DNA of 63,506 nucleotides, counting the filler, from Octopus bimaculoides (taxonomy: Eukaryota): the NCBI RefSeq assembly GCF_001194135.2. It is 5 parts of 5 records of this genome, joined end to end, with 100 filler letters (N's around TTAATTAATTAA, not from the genome) between each part and the next. Parts side by side here need not be neighbours in the genome. Positions count along the whole stretch, not along the records: positions 34,104 to 55,061 come from NC_068983.1; 4 more parts are not named here. One strand, written 5' to 3'. The notes under the pieces are model-generated. The model ran no database searches and had not been told where the DNA came from. It saw only the letters and a list, made by a program, of their open reading frames with translations. Shown piece by piece: positions 38,260 through 50,743 of the stretch; within the stretch, counting starts at the first letter, position 1, and each line of letters begins with the position of its first letter. The translations under genes were made by a program, and so were the position numbers.

Positions 38260-39345
38260 GTTTTGTTGGAGCTCCTGCAGTCTTGCATGCGTAGCGACCT
38301 TGCTACCTGCAGCCTGCAGTACCATGCTATCCGTTTTTTTCAGCTATCTAGTACTTTCCTGATTATTCTGGCCGTGTTTAGGAGGCAATTTTTTGTAACA
38401 GCTCTACTGGGCACTCTAGTCCAATTTCCTTTATATACACCTTGATGCCTTCTGATACTGTTCCTAAGGACCCAACAGCAATTGGCTCTATTTTCACCTT
38501 CTTCGTTTTCCATAACCGGGCTATTTCGTACTTAAGAGGGTGGTAACTCTCTATATTTTCGCCTTCCTTCTTGACTATTCGCTGGTCAAAGGGGCATGCA
38601 ACGTCAGCTACATAGCATATGTGGTACACCTTGTCCACCACCACGAGGTTCAGTCTGTTATATTCAAACACCTGATCTGTTTGGATTGGGAAATCCCAGA
38701 GGATTTTGCTAGTCTTCGACTCTGTCACTCTCTGCGGCAAAATGTGCTCATACCACATTTTGCTTCTCTCTAGCCCCCACTTTTCGCACAGTTTCCAATG
38801 TAGCACTGTCACTACCTGGTTGTGTCGCCACAACTTGTAGTGGTTTTGGGCAAGTCTAGGGCATTCATTCGTGATATGGGCAATGGTTTCATCCACATTA
38901 ATGCAGATTCGGTACAGCGGAGACACTTGCTCATTCCTAAGGTTGATCCTCCAAGTTCGTGGCCAGAGCTTGGTCCTGCACTGCCAGTATAACGCTCTCT
39001 GTCTCTTTTTTAGGGTTCCTTTCATCAGTCAATCACACTTATTTTTTCCAACATCTTCTGTTGTGGTTACATGGAATTGATTGTGTGGTCCCTTCTTGCG
39101 TAATTCTTCTTCATGTCCATTTTGTACTTCTTCCTTTGTTTTTCCTTTTTTGTCTCCTTTCAATACTCCTTCGTTCCTAACTGTCACTAGCAAGGTTTTC
39201 TTACTTTGGGCTAGGTATCTCATTAACCTCTCGAGTTCGACACGCACGCAGTCTTCCACACTTACATCAGTTCCCTTCCTCCATTTGCTCTCTCCATGTA
39301 TAGGCGATCAGTGTCTGCATGTGGATGATGGGCTCCAAGCAAAGC
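38260..39345 (-). mobile_element. R4/Dong-like non-LTR retrotransposon, 3-prime part (post-RT region, zinc knuckle, restriction-like endonuclease)
   Basis: GAHHPHADTDRLYMERANGGR, RIC...ETIAHITNEC, KILWDFPIQTD, DVACPFD, PIAVGSLG and LLQKIAS match the C-terminus of R4-clade ORFs. Degraded. Confidence 0.85.
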
Positions 39346-39347
39346 AC

Positions 39348-40220
39348 GGTAAAGGGTAGAAGAACTCAGAAGGGTCAATGGCCATTCCGAAAACGGGTGG
39401 ACAGAACTCGTGAGCCTTGGTTGGCAGTCTGTCTGGGAGAAGTCATACTCTGATTTAAAACTGGGTTAGATAGGACTCCTTTATCACAGTGGTGACAACC
39501 TGTCACTGTCCAACGGCTCCATGCAAGGGATGAAGGCGAATGAACCGCGAATCGGGACTTAAGTCTGGAGTAATATTTGGATGAAGATATGGGACCAATT
39601 GACGCTCACCTGTCACCTAGTGAGAATCACAATCATGGTCCCCAACACACAAAAATACGAAGGGAAGAAGTACAACTTATGGGTGGTAACAACTCTGCAG
39701 TATTTGTTGACAATCTTACTAGAGATGGTGTCTCGATAAAAATACCGGTTAGTGGTTAACCTTAAAACACATATCCTCAATGTTAAGTGAAACTGTCTAA
39801 TACAAATGCATCAAATAATGGTGTTAATGTGGCTGGAACCAAAGATGAAAGCCTTTCACCCGGCAGGTGCCCTGTGGTTGAGCAGCTCAGGTCCGGTAGG
39901 CATCCAGAGATTGCTTGTACACAAAGCCAGAGGCAGAGAAGAATGTGGGGAAAGGAGGTAAACCGAACGGTAATTGAACGCTGGATCAAGAGTGAACCCA
40001 GCAGAAGGGGATTCCGACAACGAATGAAAGCAAAATGGAATGAGATAGGACTCTTCGAAACAAGTGAGCAACGGTTAACCGACCAGGCAAGANNNNNNNN
40101 NNAGATAGGACTCTTCGAAACAAGTGAGCAACGGTTAACCGACCAGGCAAGAGCAATAAGAGCAAAAAGGTGGTTAACAGACATGGAAATAGAAGAGATA
40201 AAAAAGGAAAGTAGAAGATA
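39348..40220 (+). mobile_element. R4/Dong-like element, 5-prime part (UTR-like region and N-terminal ORF)
   Basis: WGKEVNRTVI...RGFRQRMKAKW...[26 protein letters not shown] is homologous to the N-terminal segment at 49020-49170 that precedes an R4-type RT. Confidence 0.7.
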
Positions 40221-40226
40221 ATAATG

Positions 40227-40278
<52 letters not shown>

Positions 40279-40279
<1 letters not shown>

Positions 40280-40668
40280 CTGGGATATGCCAATACACAC
40301 AGATAGAGAAATTAAGGCAAATAGACCAGATATAGTTGTCAAAGATCTTGAAGAAAAAAAATGCTTTCTAATTGATGTATCAATACCAGCAGATGACAAC
40401 GTTTCCTTAAAAGAAATGGAGAAACTTTCAAAATACAAAGACCTGGAAATAGAGGTAACTATTAGAGGTAAAAACTAATAGAGGTAAAAACAGAAACAAT
40501 TCCTATCATAGTAGGCGCCTTGGGTATAATAAAAGAATATTCAGACAAATACATAACAAAAACACCAGGACTTACAAATATATATAACATACAGAAAATT
40601 GCACTACTGGGCACTGCACACATCCTACGCAAAACACTTTCAATACAGTAACCATAAGAGCACCACAG
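40279..40668 (+). mobile_element. R4/Dong-like 5-prime-truncated 3-prime fragment (RLE domain) starting right after (TAA)n
   Basis: LWDMPIHTDREIKANRPDIVVKD...LIDVSIP...KYKDLEIE, PIIVGALG and IQKIALLGTAHILRKTLS. Confidence 0.9.
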
Positions 40669-41396
40669 NNNNNNNNNNNNNNNNNNNNNNNNNNNNNNNN
40701 NNNNNNNNNNNNNNNNNNNNNNNNNNNNNNNNNNNNNNNNNNNNNNNNNNNNNNNNNNNNNNNNNNNNNNNNNNNNNNNNNNNNNNNNNNNNNNNNNNNN
40801 NNNNNNNNNNNNNNNNNNNNNNNNNNNNNNNNNNNNNNNNNNNNNNNNNNNNNNNNNNNNNNNNNNNNNNNNNNNNNNNNNNNNNNNNNNNNNNNNNNNN
40901 NNNNNNNNNNNNNNNNNNNNNNNNNNNNNNNNNNNNNNNNNNNNNNNNNNNNNNNNNNNNNNNNNNNNNNNNNNNNNNNNNNNNNNNNNNNNNNNNNNNN
41001 NNNNNNNNNNNNNNNNNNNNNNNNNNNNNNNNNNNNNNNNNNNNNNNNNNNNNNNNNNNNNNNNNNNNNNNNNNNNNNNNNNNNNNNNNNNNNNNNNNNN
41101 NNNNNNNNNNNNNNAAAGATGGCTGATAAAGAAACCATCATATTGTTCGATAAAGGAACGTGCTCCTTGTCGAGAAATTTTGAGAACAAGGAAAGAAATG
41201 AGAATATCAACATCGAATGGCCTAAACTTAATGACGTCACCAGGGTGGAAAATGTTTCGTCTCTAAGCAACGTCAAATCTTTAGGTGTCGATAAAGAGAA
41301 CAACAACAGCAACGGTAGCAGAAGTGACAGCAGCAGCAGTGGCCACAGCAGCAGCAGCAGCAATAACAACAACAACAATACAAAAGAAATAAAACA

Positions 41397-41990
41397 TTAA
41401 AATGCAAATATCGCCCCTGTTTCTTTTGCGTCAGCGGCGAGAAATATGGAGTGCTTCCACAGAGATGAAGAAGAATTAAAATTTGCTAGAAAAATTGTTA
41501 AAAGAGATGGGAGAATGGTAGCTGTGAACCCTCCACCAGACGTGATAGAAAATATCGCAAGATGCACTGTCACATACCGTTGCATTGGAGTCAAGTCTCG
41601 GCGGGTGGAAAATGCTCCCGAGAGCGAAGTACGAAGATTCTTTGGGCGCGTTTGGGAACAAAAGACCCACATCACCCGAGGAAAGCAGTTTGGAACCATT
41701 CAGGGGGAGATTTGAAACGTACGAAGAAGCTAGATGTAATTCCTCAACTACTTTGAAGAATGACAAGTTTTTCTTAATCCCTAGCTATCGCGGCCAACAT
41801 CTTACCAGATTATGGTGCTGAATGTGCCGCCAGAAATGTCCATTATCTGGTTTGTGACGGCCGTCTTGACTGGTTTAGAAGAAGACGAAGTCAAAATACT
41901 GGAGGTCAAGAAATTACCTAAGCAAAACTGATTAGGTACAGGTATGGAACTGACCCTGCAATGCGTCTATGTAAACAACGCAGTCGAAGG
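41397..41990 (+). pseudogene. Frameshifted ORF relic, possibly a LINE ORF1
   Basis: Coding-like text spans frames (MECFHRDEEELKFARKIVKRDGRMVAVNPPP...FLIPSYRGQHLTR...NVPPEMS). The ORF1 assignment is inference only. Confidence 0.4.
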
Positions 41991-44900
41991 TTGGAAAAGT
42001 AGGTAAAGGGTGTATATGCATATTTCAAGAGTTATTGCTCTTTAATCAGCACCACATCTTATCCATCAACTATACCCGAAAACATTGCTTAAATACCCAC
42101 TAGGTTTAGCGGTGTAACACAACTAGATAGACTAATTTGCATAATAAACACATTCCTGGCAACTGTTACATATATCTAATTGATGGCAAGGTCTCAATAT
42201 TTCGTTTTGCAGCCATAATATACTAGCCAGTATATTACAGGTTTAGAAGTCAATACCGTGTGTTAACAGTGCGATATTTTCACAGAGATAAGCTTAAAAG
42301 TAAGAATATCGCACAGCTAACACACAACAGTATATTATAGTTGCAAGACGAAATACTGTGGCCTTGTCAGCCATTAAAATGATATGTTGGATTGTAGGAT
42401 TAGACAGTATATCACATCAGTTGATCATAGACAGACTATGACATTAATTAATTTCAGCTAGATAATGACACGTCAGTTGTTCACAGTCTGAGTAAAAAAA
42501 AAGGTCAGCTAAAAATATAACAGAAAAAAAAACAGGATGGTGAAATTACTTTAGCAGTTGTTCTGTATAAAAAATTTCTGTTAAAAACTCAACAGACCTA
42601 AATACAAGGAAGTGAAAAGATGCCGTTTGCCTCGGTTTGATAATTATCGTCGTTATCGTCATGTTCGCCTCCTCCTCCTCCTCCTCNNNNNNNNNNNNNN
42701 NNNNNNNNNNNNNNNNNNNNNNNNNNNNNNNNNNNNNNNNNNNNNNNNNNNNNNNNNNNNNNNNNNNNNNNNNNNNNNNNNNNNNNNNNNNNNNNNNNNN
42801 CCACCACCACCACCACCATCGACGTCATCGTCGTCGTTGTCGTCATAATCATCTTCATCATCATCACTATCATTATTGCCATCAACATTATTTTTTTTCC
42901 ATTATCAGTAATCTTTGTTATGTCCAGATTTGGCGGAATATGACGAATACAGATTTGTTGCTAACCTAAAGTTAGCTACGATATGAAATGAATTTAGTTA
43001 TGAATATATAAGCGGTGATAATAACCACCATATAATCATGTAATATAATAGTATATATATATATATATATATATGAAAGTACGTCTAAACTATTGCTCCG
43101 CTCACACATACGCGCACACACTCACACACACATGTGAGCGTATTTGTGTGCGTATGTGTATTGAGAGAGATGCATGTATATATATATGTATATATGAGTG
43201 ATAATTTATATATGCACCTATAGAGGTTGCCTAGGAAAAGCCTCGATCTTTATAGATTGCTCTTACTCTCTAGGTATTCACCGTTCCTGTGTTATGTATA
43301 TAAATTATTAATAATCGTCGATTGAAGTTTACAGTTTAAACTATTGTGTGAGTAAATATTATTTCTTACAAAGCCATCGTTTCAAATTCCAGTATATGAA
43401 AAGGGCAGAACTTCCATTTCCTAATTAATTGTCCACTCACCTTTGATAATATGTTTTAGCCAATATTTTATAAACTTTACTTTCATCACAATCGATCTAG
43501 CCACAATCCCCGTAGGTTGCTTTTTCATTTCTGCCTCGCAACTAAGCTACAATTTTCATCATATAGGAAGAAACGCCTCGTTCGGTTTGTATATTAATGG
43601 TGTGTGTCAAATATTTGCATTAGTAAATGTTTTCAACTTGTTACTAATTAGTTTGGAAGCAAGTCAATGAATGTGTTTTTAGCTGAGGTGACAATGAAGA
43701 ACATATGATAGCTGCAAGCCTTCTGATGCGCTAGCTATACTTATACTACTAGATCCATCTTGTTATGCGCAAATTTCTCGAATGTTCTGATGCTTATGAG
43801 AAACGAAGATAGTATTACGCCATTATGGTTATTTTCAATAACTGAATTAAAGATAGATCAGGATGAATACGGGAATCTAGACGTTAGCAGAGAAAATATT
43901 ACGCTCCAGTGGTTCACTTTAACAAGTGGAAACTATAATTCATTTGTTGCAGCCTAACAACTGACTAACCGCACGGCCGAAGCTTTACATTATGCATTTG
44001 TCAGTCAATACAATGTGTCCAAATTGCAAAGACATGCAATTTTCAATAGATCAGTTCACTTTGCCACATATACAATCCATAAACAGGGACAACTAACCCC
44101 ATGTTGTATGCAACAGGCTAATAATAAAATCTAAAACCATGGCTATGTTTTATTCAACCCATTCCTATGTATAGACGAGACTGAAAACTATATTTTGTGC
44201 AGGCTTTAACCAGGATAAAAACCATATCTACAGCTATATTTTATGTAGCCTGAAGCTATGTTTTGAATGAATTAAGGCTATACTTTGACCAACCTCATAA
44301 CTATATACTTTTATTTGACTCTGGCTATATTTTGAATGGATATGTTTTGGGACTACAGATTTCTAAGCACATAAAGCCCCAAATAGTAGCTGGTAAATGT
44401 TAGGTTGAAGGCTGCCATGTTTTCGACTTTTTCTATTCAAAAGGGTTTTTAACCTAAAATTTACACACTATTCTTTATAGTTGTATGTGCTTCGAGATCC
44501 ATAGTTCCGAAAAAGAATTATTTAAATCACTCTTGAAAGTTTATGAAATTCTTATGGGTTAACGAGTTATATTTTGATTAAAGTCTATATTTTGAATAAA
44601 CCCATGGTAAAATTTAGATTGAATTCAGAGTTATATATAATATGTTAGTGATTACCGAATTGGTAAGAGAATTGACTATCAACTGTAGAGTAGGCTATAT
44701 GCATCGTGTAACTCATAGCTCTCCTCACTCCACTTCACTTAGTTATAAACAGTAGGTACAGCAAAATTATTTGTTAGTTAATTTGTGGAAAAGCCACCAA
44801 TAATTGTGAAATACCCTGTCCAAAAGGAACACACACACACATACACACACACACATCGATAAAAAGAAACTGGACTTAATGGATGGGTTAGCTGATTCAT

Positions 44901-45221
44901 GAAGTAGTTGTCAAATGATTAAGATTTTAAGGAGATTTCTTCTTTTATATTTTCTGCCTACAACCCCAGTACTTGAATGATACGTTATTTTATCAACACG
45001 AGAAGAATAAAAAACAAAGGTCATCAAGTTGGAATTTGAACTCAAAACGAGGCTGTAACTAAAAACGCTTTGACCAGCTCCCTAACGATTTACTCAGCTA
45101 AACTTCCCCTAAATCATCACTGTTAGTTATATTATCCACTCGAAAAGATAATAACAGTTCTATCCTTAGAATTTCGCTCATGGGGTTCTCCATATTGTAT
45201 TGATATTATTTACATCATCTC

Positions 45222-45428
45222 AAGGCTGCGAGCTGATAGAATCATTAGCACGTCGGACAAAATGCTGAGAGGCATTTTGTCTCTCTTAACGTTTTGAGTT
45301 TAAATTCCGCCGAGGTCGACTTCCATTATTTCGGGATCGATTAACTAGCTATCAGTTGAACTCTAGAGCCTATCCAATCGAGTAATGCCCTTCCATCAAA
45401 ATTTCAGGTCTTGTGCCTATAGGAAAGA
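45222..45428 (+). mobile_element. SINE family B copy
   Basis: aaggctgcgagctgatagaatcattagcac...ttttgagtttaaattccgccgaggtcgac...ggtcttgtgcctatag. Confidence 0.8.
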
Positions 45429-45540
45429 AAACAATATTTATATCACTCACATCTCAAACTGCATGATAACCGAGCTCTATGCAAACATTTCAACGTGCAC
45501 TCATATCTTGGCCTCAAAAACAAATATATATAACATAAAC

Positions 45541-45710
45541 GCAGGCATGGCTGTATGGCAAGAAGCTTGCTTCTCAACCACATGGCTCCGGGTTCAATCC
45601 CACTGCATGGTTCCTTGGGCAAGTGTCTTCTACTATAGCCTCGGGCCAACCAAAGCCTTGTGAGTGGATTTGGTAGAGGGAAACTGAAAGAAGCCCGTCG
45701 TATATATATA
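45541..45710 (+). mobile_element. tRNA-derived SINE family D with (TA)n tail
   Basis: A-box-like TGGCTGTATGG, B box GGTTCAATCCC, ccttgggcaagtgtctt core. A head fragment also lies at ~56255-56292. Confidence 0.75.
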
Positions 45711-47399
45711 TATATATATATNNNNNNNNNNNNNNNNNNNNNNNNNNNNNNNNNNNNNNNNNNNNNNNNNNNNNNNNNNNNNNNNNNNNNNNNNNNNNNN
45801 NNNNNNNNNNNNNNNNNNNNNNNNNNNNNNNNNNNNNNNNNNNNNNNNNNNNNNNNNNNNNNNNNNNNNNNNNNNNNNNNNNNNNNNNNNNNNNNNNNNN
45901 NNNNNNNNNNNNNNNNNNNNNNNNNNNNNNNNNNNNNNNNNNNNNNNNNNNNNNNNNNNNNNNNNNNNNNNNNNNNNNNNNNNNNNNNAATAAAGAGAAA
46001 GAAGAAAGAAAGGAAGGAAGAGAGAAAGAAAGAAAGAAAGAAAGAAATGAAAGAAGAAAGAAAGAAAGAAAGAAAGAAAGGAAAAAGAAAGAAAGAAAGA
46101 AAGAAAGAAAGGAAATAAGAAAGAAAGAAAGAAAGAAAGGGACTTGTCGCTTTGTTAATACAACACGCTCACAGTTTGTACACAGCTGCAAAGTAAACCC
46201 TAGAGATAACGATGAAACGTTACATCGAGATTGTATATTCTTCCAGTGAAAATATGCAAATATATAGTATAACCTATTGTCAGGAATGAAGATATTACAA
46301 TAAATTAATTTACATATTTCTGTTGTTAAAAAGATGCAATTTTAGGTTGGGTGGAAGAATTAACATTTCAAATGCCTCATTCTCATAAATATGGCGTCCT
46401 TATGTCAGCGGAGGTCTTGCATCAAGGATATTTTAATGGTTTATCTGTTGCTCTGATGTTGATACTCTAGATACCAATATGCTTAAATGCACACATAGTT
46501 CTGTGTGTATACACGTACATACATACATGCATACATGCATATATACATGCATACATACATAATACATACATAATACATACATACATACATACGTACGTAC
46601 ATACATACATATCGGATTACCAATATGTGTTTCTCAAATTATAAGCATGGACTTTAACGTACGTCTGCTTATGCATACATGTACAAGTATATACATCACA
46701 TACAGATAAGCAAATATTCACACCGACATACGTACATCCTCACACATGCAATCGTTTATATGTATGTGTGTTGTATATGTAGTGTACTCCTTTCTCCTTA
46801 ACCCTCTCACGAACATATCATTAGAATAAAACTATAACATCCATTTTGCTTTGATGATAATGGCGTATCATTGTGGAAAGCTCAGTGATATTTCTCTAAG
46901 AGGTTAGTATTAAAATACAGCAGTCAGTTGGTCCGAACATTTTAACAAATGACTGGAAGTTAATCTTAGTTGTTTTTTACTGGTATTTCATTAGATTTCT
47001 TTCAAGTTTCTACCTGAATGAAAGCGACAAATTAAATTATTGTTTTGCAGATATGATACGCTTATGAAAGGGCCATGCTCGCCACTCTAAATCTTTATTA
47101 TCCTATACTGAAGTTTTCATCAGTGATATGTATTTCCAGTATGAAGAATGAGTTCTTTACTTCTATTTCTTTCTCCTATATTATTATTGTTGTTGTTGTT
47201 GTTGTTGTTAACGTTATTGTTGCTGTCTTTTATACGAGCTGTTCCAAATTCTCCCCAGAGACCTCAAGTAACAGCAAGCTGAACATTTTACTTCGGATGT
47301 CATTTATGATTAGTAATGATATATTGTTGGAGAAAACTAGAATCTGAGAACTAAAATTCTGTTAAATGTCTAATATTTTAGTTTTGAAAGAGTTTTAAG

Positions 47400-48595
47400 C
47401 GAATCAAGTATTTTCAAGTTGAGAGAGTCTTTTTTTAGGGTATTGATAGTACCCATGAAAACAATATTTTAAAGTTTTGATACTTTGGGGTTTCCTGGTA
47501 TTTGGCCATACTGTTGGCATTTGTGCATTCTTCCCAAAGCTCCAATGATCATAGGTACAATTGTTGTTCTTACATGTCATAATTTTGAGACCCCTATTTG
47601 AAAGTCCTTATATCTATTTAACATTTTAAATATTTTTACAGGTGTTGCTGGTATTGAATGTCAATGAGCAGATATGTTTGACCACGTTATTTTTTACCAC
47701 AATATCTGGTCTCTTGACCTGAATAGCACGATCAGTTTTAATACCAAGGTCTCAAATAACAGTGATCAATTTCTTTTTCTAACTTGTCAGGCTTATATTC
47801 CCATTAGTTCTTCATATAAAGGCATCCAGAGTTAGGCATATGATCCAGTGCATATACTGGCCAAGTCTATCATGGCGATTAATATATTCTTTCGAGGCTA
47901 ACATAGAGCATCCAGAGATGAGATAGTCAATTGCTTCTCGGGTTGCACCATAAAAGCGGCAGGCAGGATCGGCACCATTTTAGAGAATGCTTGCTTCGAA
48001 TTTATTGGCGGACAGACACTGTTCCTGAGCTGCTATAATAAAGCCTTCTGTGTCTGATTTAAGTCCAGATGAATTGACCACTGGTCCTTGTAGGGCATTT
48101 GCAATGCAATGTCTTACATTTTCTTGAATTTCTCAGCTCTGAGAGTCCATTTGATTTGACTTGTGTTTTTATCTGTTTTGCTATCTCAGTGCGTACTTCT
48201 GCTTCGGCTAGTTGTGTCTCTCTCACGTTAATCTTCTTTTATTCCTTTACATATTTCATTGCTTCTTCTGATATTGAGTACATTTTTCTGGGCTGGATGG
48301 GGTAACTTTTATATTTGCAGATGATAAGTTTAAATATCCAGTCATTGGTGTCCTTTAGATAGGTGTCTACCCCTATGGTTGCTGTCTTTAGAAACAGTTG
48401 CAGCTGCATTAGTCTTGGTGGGATCTGCATCTATCTACATATATATTCACATCTGCATTTGGGTGATGAATGCAGTTTCAATAGTGGTCTATAAAGAGTA
48501 GCTTAGGATCAAGCAGCCTCCTTGTTTTATTTTTTACATTCCTTTCTGTCGATCTAATCATGGAGTACCCAACATAATATTTTAGCTGTTTTCAA
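47400..48595 (-). mobile_element. R4/Dong-like retrotransposon 3-prime part, degraded
   Basis: HHPNADV, LQLFLKTATIGVDTYL, SDTEGFIIAAQEQ, DPACRFYGA...IDYLISGC and DLGIKTDRAIQVKRPDIVVK. Confidence 0.85.
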
Positions 48596-48600
48596 TAAAC

Positions 48601-48603
<3 letters not shown>

Positions 48604-48663
<60 letters not shown>
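48604..48663. repeat. (TAA)n microsatellite between two divergent R4-like fragments
   Basis: Seen directly. Confidence 0.95.
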
Positions 48664-48664
<1 letters not shown>

Positions 48665-49010
48665 CCCAAATCCACGGAAACAGCAAAACCTCAAAACAAC
48701 AGATCTATAACCTGTCTCCTTACAATTTACAAAGCCTTTACTGCGATAATATCGCAGAGATTGAGTAAGCACCTGGAAGAAAACAACCTGTTTCCAGAAG
48801 AGCAGAAGGGATGCTGCAAGGGCTCACACGGCTGTAAAGATCAATTAATGATCAATAAAGCCATAACTGAAGACAGCCGCAGAAAGAAGAAAGACCTCAG
48901 TATTACCTGGATCGACTACCGAAAGGCTTTTGATAGTATTCTTCACACGTGGATCTTCGAAACACTAGCCATAAACAAAGTAGCACCAGTAATTATAAAA
49001 TACATAAGAC
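48664..49010 (+). mobile_element. R4/Dong-like RT fragment
   Basis: HLEENNLFPEEQKGC...KDQLMINKAI...WIDYRKAFDSI (RT motif with the first catalytic Asp). Confidence 0.85.
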
Positions 49011-50640
49011 ATGATAATGAAGTACCTGCTAGGAGATGTGGGAAAAGAATGTACAGGGCATGGAGCGACAGAGGACTAACTGAATTAAGTGAACAAAATA
49101 TGTGTAACCAAGCTAGAGCCATCAGAAAGAATGAATGGTTAACTCCATTTGAACTAGAATGCATTAAGAGACGGGTGCTTAGGCATAGTAAAACCATGGT
49201 GAACGGGAGGATGGGGAAGAGAATGCAGATAGTGAAACTATGGCAGTGAAGTTAAAGGATGAAAACGAGCATGAGGCTAATATTATTTATTGTTCAGGAA
49301 GCGATGAGAGAACCGAGGAACAAATATCCATTTTAATTGAAATCATTGATATTTGGACGTCTGGTGAACAGAGTTTTCATATGGGGTTTTAAAAAATTAG
49401 ACAGAAGGAAACTCAATGAATGGGTCAAGAAAATAAAGGATATCACTGGTGATATCAGGACTGACAACATCACAGACACCAAAAATTTGATAAATGCAAT
49501 TTCAATCTTTATAACCCGGAAGTTAGGTTTGAAAGCAAAAGGTAAATGTCAGCATAACCAGGAGGAACCATGGTGCAAAAGGAGAATAATGCAGTATATT
49601 AACAAAACCAGAAAGCATATTAATATTCTGGGACGGAAAAAGAGAAATGAAGTTCAGCGAGAGAAATATGTTGAGCTAGAGAAGAAGTATAGGGTGAAGA
49701 GAAAGGGAATCAATGTTGTGATTGAAGAATTAAAAATGAAAGCTAAAGCACATAAATTAAGGAGATGTGAACAGAGAATTGGGCACTACAGATTAAACAG
49801 ACTTTTCGAACAAAATCAGAAACGAATCTATCAGGAACTGGATGGAAAAGAAAATGTTGGAAAAGCCGTGCCGGATGCTGAAGAAAGTAAAAGATTCTGG
49901 TCAAACATGTGTTCTTAGGAGAAACAACACAAAACTGAAGTAGAGTGGTTAAAGACACTCAAGGAGAAGAGTGGAGAGTATCAGCAGGAGGAATTGAAAA
50001 TAACTGAGGGGGTGATTAGAGATCAGTGCAGGAAAATTCCAAACTGGAAAGCTTAAAAATCTTGATAGCGCTGCAGAGGAGAATTGCGAGACAGCTTGAC
50101 AAAATACTGAATAGTGACATTCAGGTGCCGACCTGGATGACAAAAGGAAGAACGGTACTATTCCAGAAGGACCCAAGTAAAGGGAATGCGGTTGGAAATT
50201 TCCGACCAATAACTTGTTTGCCACTGATATGGAAACTGATGACGGGCATCATATCAAACAGCATCTACAAATATCTAGATGAGAACGATCTACTACCAGT
50301 GGAACAAAAATGTGTAGACGTAAGAGCAGAGGAAGGAAGAATCAATTACTAATCGATAAGACTATCCTCACTGATTGCAAGAAGAGACACAAAATTTGGT
50401 GATGGCATGGGTGGACTACAGGAAGGCATATAGCATGGTCCCAAACTCGTGGATTATTGAATGCCTTAAATTACTTAAAATCTCACGCAATATCCTGAGG
50501 TGATCCAGAAGACAGCATTGTTGGGTACAGCTCGCATTCTTAGGAGACTATTATCTCTTTGAGTCACAGGAGAAGGCACTACTTGAAACTTTTGGTTATT
50601 TGTTGTTGCCTGCTTTCAAGTAAAGAATAACCGGTAATTA
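49010..50640 (+). mobile_element. R4/Dong-like element: N-terminal region to mid-RT, then a large internal deletion to the extreme C-terminus
   Basis: LSEQNMCNQARAIRKNEWL, EPWCKRRI, RLFEQNQKRIY, GRTVLFQKDP, NFRPITCLP and WVDYRKAY, then a jump at ~50490 to PEVIQKTALLGTARILRRLLSL*. Confidence 0.9.
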
Positions 50641-50674
50641 AGAACTATTCGAGATGCTTTCATAATAATAATCA

Positions 50675-50714
<40 letters not shown>

Positions 50715-50743
50715 GTAATAATAATAATAACAATAATAATAAT

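Noticed and set aside
40043-40152. 50-bp direct repeat inside the R4-like ORF
   Set aside because: Exact copies flank a 10-N gap, the signature of an unmerged contig overlap.
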